A DNA stretch of 64,000 bases. Source: an uncultured Oscillospiraceae bacterium (GTDB taxonomy: Bacteria; Bacillota; Clostridia; Oscillospirales; Acutalibacteraceae). The first letter of the stretch is position 1, and the number at the start of each line of letters is the position of its first letter. The position numbers and the translations under genes are program-made. The stretch lies in assembly GCA_900553255.1 (NCBI GenBank), contig USCI01000001.1, forward strand, positions 12,371 through 76,370, given 5' to 3'. The notes beneath the pieces were generated by a model. It searched no databases and was not told the origin of the DNA. It saw only the letters and a program-made list of their open reading frames with translations. Positions 62,317-64,000 of the stretch are shown here, piece after piece.

Positions 62317-64000
62317 ATGTTATACAAACGATTTCTGGCCGCTGCGCTGGCGCTGTGCTGCCTGGCGCTGACCTCCTGTGCGGGAAAGGCTGTTCCTCAG
62401 CGCACCCTTACCTCCGGTGAAGCACGCCTGGTGACGGTGGCCAGCGACCCGGTGTCGCTCGATGCCCCCGACCGCCTCGCCGACACCTATGAACGGGTGA
62501 CCGATGGCGGGAGTGTGGCTCTCTACCTTGACCGGGAAGCCTGTACCATCGGGGTTTTCGACAAACGAAGCGGCGCCTTCTGGCGGGCGGCGGTCGATCC
62601 TGCTGCCGTGGACGCCGAAAAGATCAACCGGCTTTGGCTGAACTACATGAACTCCATGCTGTCCATCCGTGCCACCAAGGCTGACGACGAACAGGCGCAG
62701 GTGCAGCGCTACGATTCCGCCGACGAGGATATGACCCGCTCGGTACAGGAAGAGGACGGCCGTCTTCTGTTCACCGTCACCTTTGGGCGCACCGGTATTA
62801 CGGCGGGGATGGAGGTATCTCTCGAAGACGACCAGCTGTGCGTGCGCGTCCCGCAGGACAGCATCCGGGAGGAAGGCGAATACCGGCTGGTTTCCCTTGA
62901 GGTCATGCCCTTTTTCGGCGCCGCAGGCGCGATGGAGGACAGCTACATCCTCATCCCGGACGGCTGCGGCGCACTGATGCATTTTCTGCCGGGGACACAG
63001 CGGGTAAACGCGCAGACCTACTATTTCCCGGTGTATTCCTCCCACGATTCCTCGGTGGATGTCCATCTTAACCGGGAAGTCCAGGCAGAACCCTACCTGC
63101 CGCTGCCGGTGTACGGCATCAAGCAGCAGGATAGTGCGGTGCTTGGCTTTATCACGGAGGGGGAAGCGGACGCCGAGCTGGCGGTCACCCCGGAAAGCAC
63201 TGCTGTGGCGCTCAACCGCGCCGGCTTCCAGTTCAAATACCGGTATTCCTACAACCTGCTCACCAGCAACATCGGCCTGGCGGACGACAACAGCATGAAA
63301 AGCCTGTCCGGTTCCACCACGTCGGCGCTCTCGGTGGCGTTTGAAGAGGAACTGCGCCGTCAGGACCGGGAGCTGCGTTTCGCTTTCCTGCAGGGTGAAT
63401 CCGCCAATTACTCCGGTATGGCCAACGTCTATCGCAACTATCTCGCCCAGGCCGGACTGCTCAATACGGCTGCCGCCCGGCGGCCGGCGCTGTCGCTGGA
63501 GTTCTTCTGCGGCATCCTGGAGCCCAACCTGTTTTTCGACACCTTTGTGCCGATGACGGACTTCGAGCAGGCCGCCGCCATGCTGGAACAGCTTGGGGGC
63601 GAGGGAGTATCCGGCATTGACGTTACTCTCAACGGCTGGGCAAAAAACGGCTACGGCGTGTATCCGCCGAAGCTGTCGCCGGACAGCCGGCTGGGCGGAA
63701 AAAATGCGCTTGAGGCCCTCGCCGGGACAGTGACCGGACAGCAGGGGCGGCTTTTCCTGCAGACCGAGCCGATGCTGTATGACACCTCCGGCGGCGGCTT
63801 TATCTCCCGCGGCGATGTGCTTACCCTCAAGACCGGCGTGCCGGTTGCTGACAGCGCCGGTACTCTGCAGGTATTCAACCTGCAGGTAGCGGCCGAGCGC
63901 ATGCTGGCCATGCGCACCCAGATCGCCGCCTTCGACGGCGCCGGCCTGCGTCTGACCCATACGGCAATGGTCTTCAACGATTACAACCAGAAACGGCCGA
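62317..64000 (+). CDS. DUF5696-like lipoprotein (paralog of 2730..4991), 3' end outside the window; absent from the ORF track
   Basis: My own translation from ATG 62317: MLYKRFLAAALALCCLALTSCAGK... (lipobox LTSC), open to the window end. Shares 'FFGAAGAMEDSYILIPDGCGALMHF' and later blocks with the left copy. The track's minus ORF 62320..63960 is its antisense artefact. Confidence 0.8.
   Translation, partial: MLYKRFLAAALALCCLALTSCAGKAVPQRTLTSGEARLVTVASDPVSLDAPDRLADTYERVTDGGSVALYLDREACTIGVFDKRSGAFWRAAVDPAAVDAEKINRLWLNYMNSMLSIRATKADDEQAQVQRYDSADEDMTRSVQEEDGRLLFTVTFGRTGITAGMEVSLEDDQLCVRVPQDSIREEGEYRLVSLEVMPFFGAAGAMEDSYILIPDGCGALMHFLPGTQRVNAQTYYFPVYSSHDSSVDVHLNREVQAEPYLPLPVYGIKQQDSAVLGFITEGEADAELAVTPESTAVALNRAGFQFKYRYSYNLLTSNIGLADDNSMKSLSGSTTSALSVAFEEELRRQDRELRFAFLQGESANYSGMANVYRNYLAQAGLLNTAAARRPALSLEFFCGILEPNLFFDTFVPMTDFEQAAAMLEQLGGEGVSGIDVTLNGWAKNGYGVYPPKLSPDSRLGGKNALEALAGTVTGQQGRLFLQTEPMLYDTSGGGFISRGDVLTLKTGVPVADSAGTLQVFNLQVAAERMLAMRTQIAAFDGAGLRLTHTAMVFNDYNQKRP

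Noticed and set aside
1-64000. Searched for phage-defence, toxin-antitoxin, CRISPR-Cas, prophage, tRNA and rRNA content.
   Set aside because: I saw no nuclease, helicase, methylase or Cas-like genes, no integrase other than the IS3 remnant, no repeat-spacer arrays and no cloverleaf-like sequences in the intergenic regions.

Overview
A 64-kb window from a GC-rich, endospore-forming Firmicute. It is Clostridia-like (alpha/beta SASP and SpoVT genes, G/C-biased third codon positions), but the exact taxon cannot be proven from the sequence. About 60 coding regions are supported. I saw no rRNA, tRNA or CRISPR. Content in order: (1) tail of a glycan-uptake operon: ABC permease, an NHL-TPR-Yip1 membrane protein, a DUF5696-like lipoprotein, then a second ABC system whose binding protein carries a C-terminal CBM-like domain, and a truncated ADP-ribosylglycohydrolase; (2) aspS-gatCAB; (3) an LTD/choice-of-anchor-I surface protein; (4) a SASP gene; (5) an AT-rich island with a frameshifted GH27 alpha-galactosidase, an AraC regulator and an IS3 remnant; (6) a non-canonical Rnf-like operon apbE-rnfC-rnfD-rnfG*-rnfE/A fusion with no rnfB; (7) small lipoproteins and a hairpin-dense convergent spacer; (8) a zinc-type ABC importer, Fur-family regulator, rubredoxin and cupin; (9) blaI/blaR1-like pair; (10) ABC-2 exporter, membrane MutS-like ATPase and AAC(3); (11) spoVT; (12) a second AT-rich island with AraC and two glycosidases; (13) a large PUL-like locus: membrane AraC regulator, GH15-like enzyme, a ~270-nt nested-helix element, three tandem paralogs of an uncharacterised GH42-like TIM-barrel family, two binding proteins (one with tandem CBM-like repeats), two permeases and a second NHL-Yip1/DUF5696-like pair. 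The most interesting items are the Rnf-like operon, the recurring NHL-Yip1/DUF5696 module, the triplicated TIM-barrel family and two structured non-coding regions. Many long antisense ORFs in the track are GC artefacts. All family assignments come from reading motifs by eye and need HMM confirmation.
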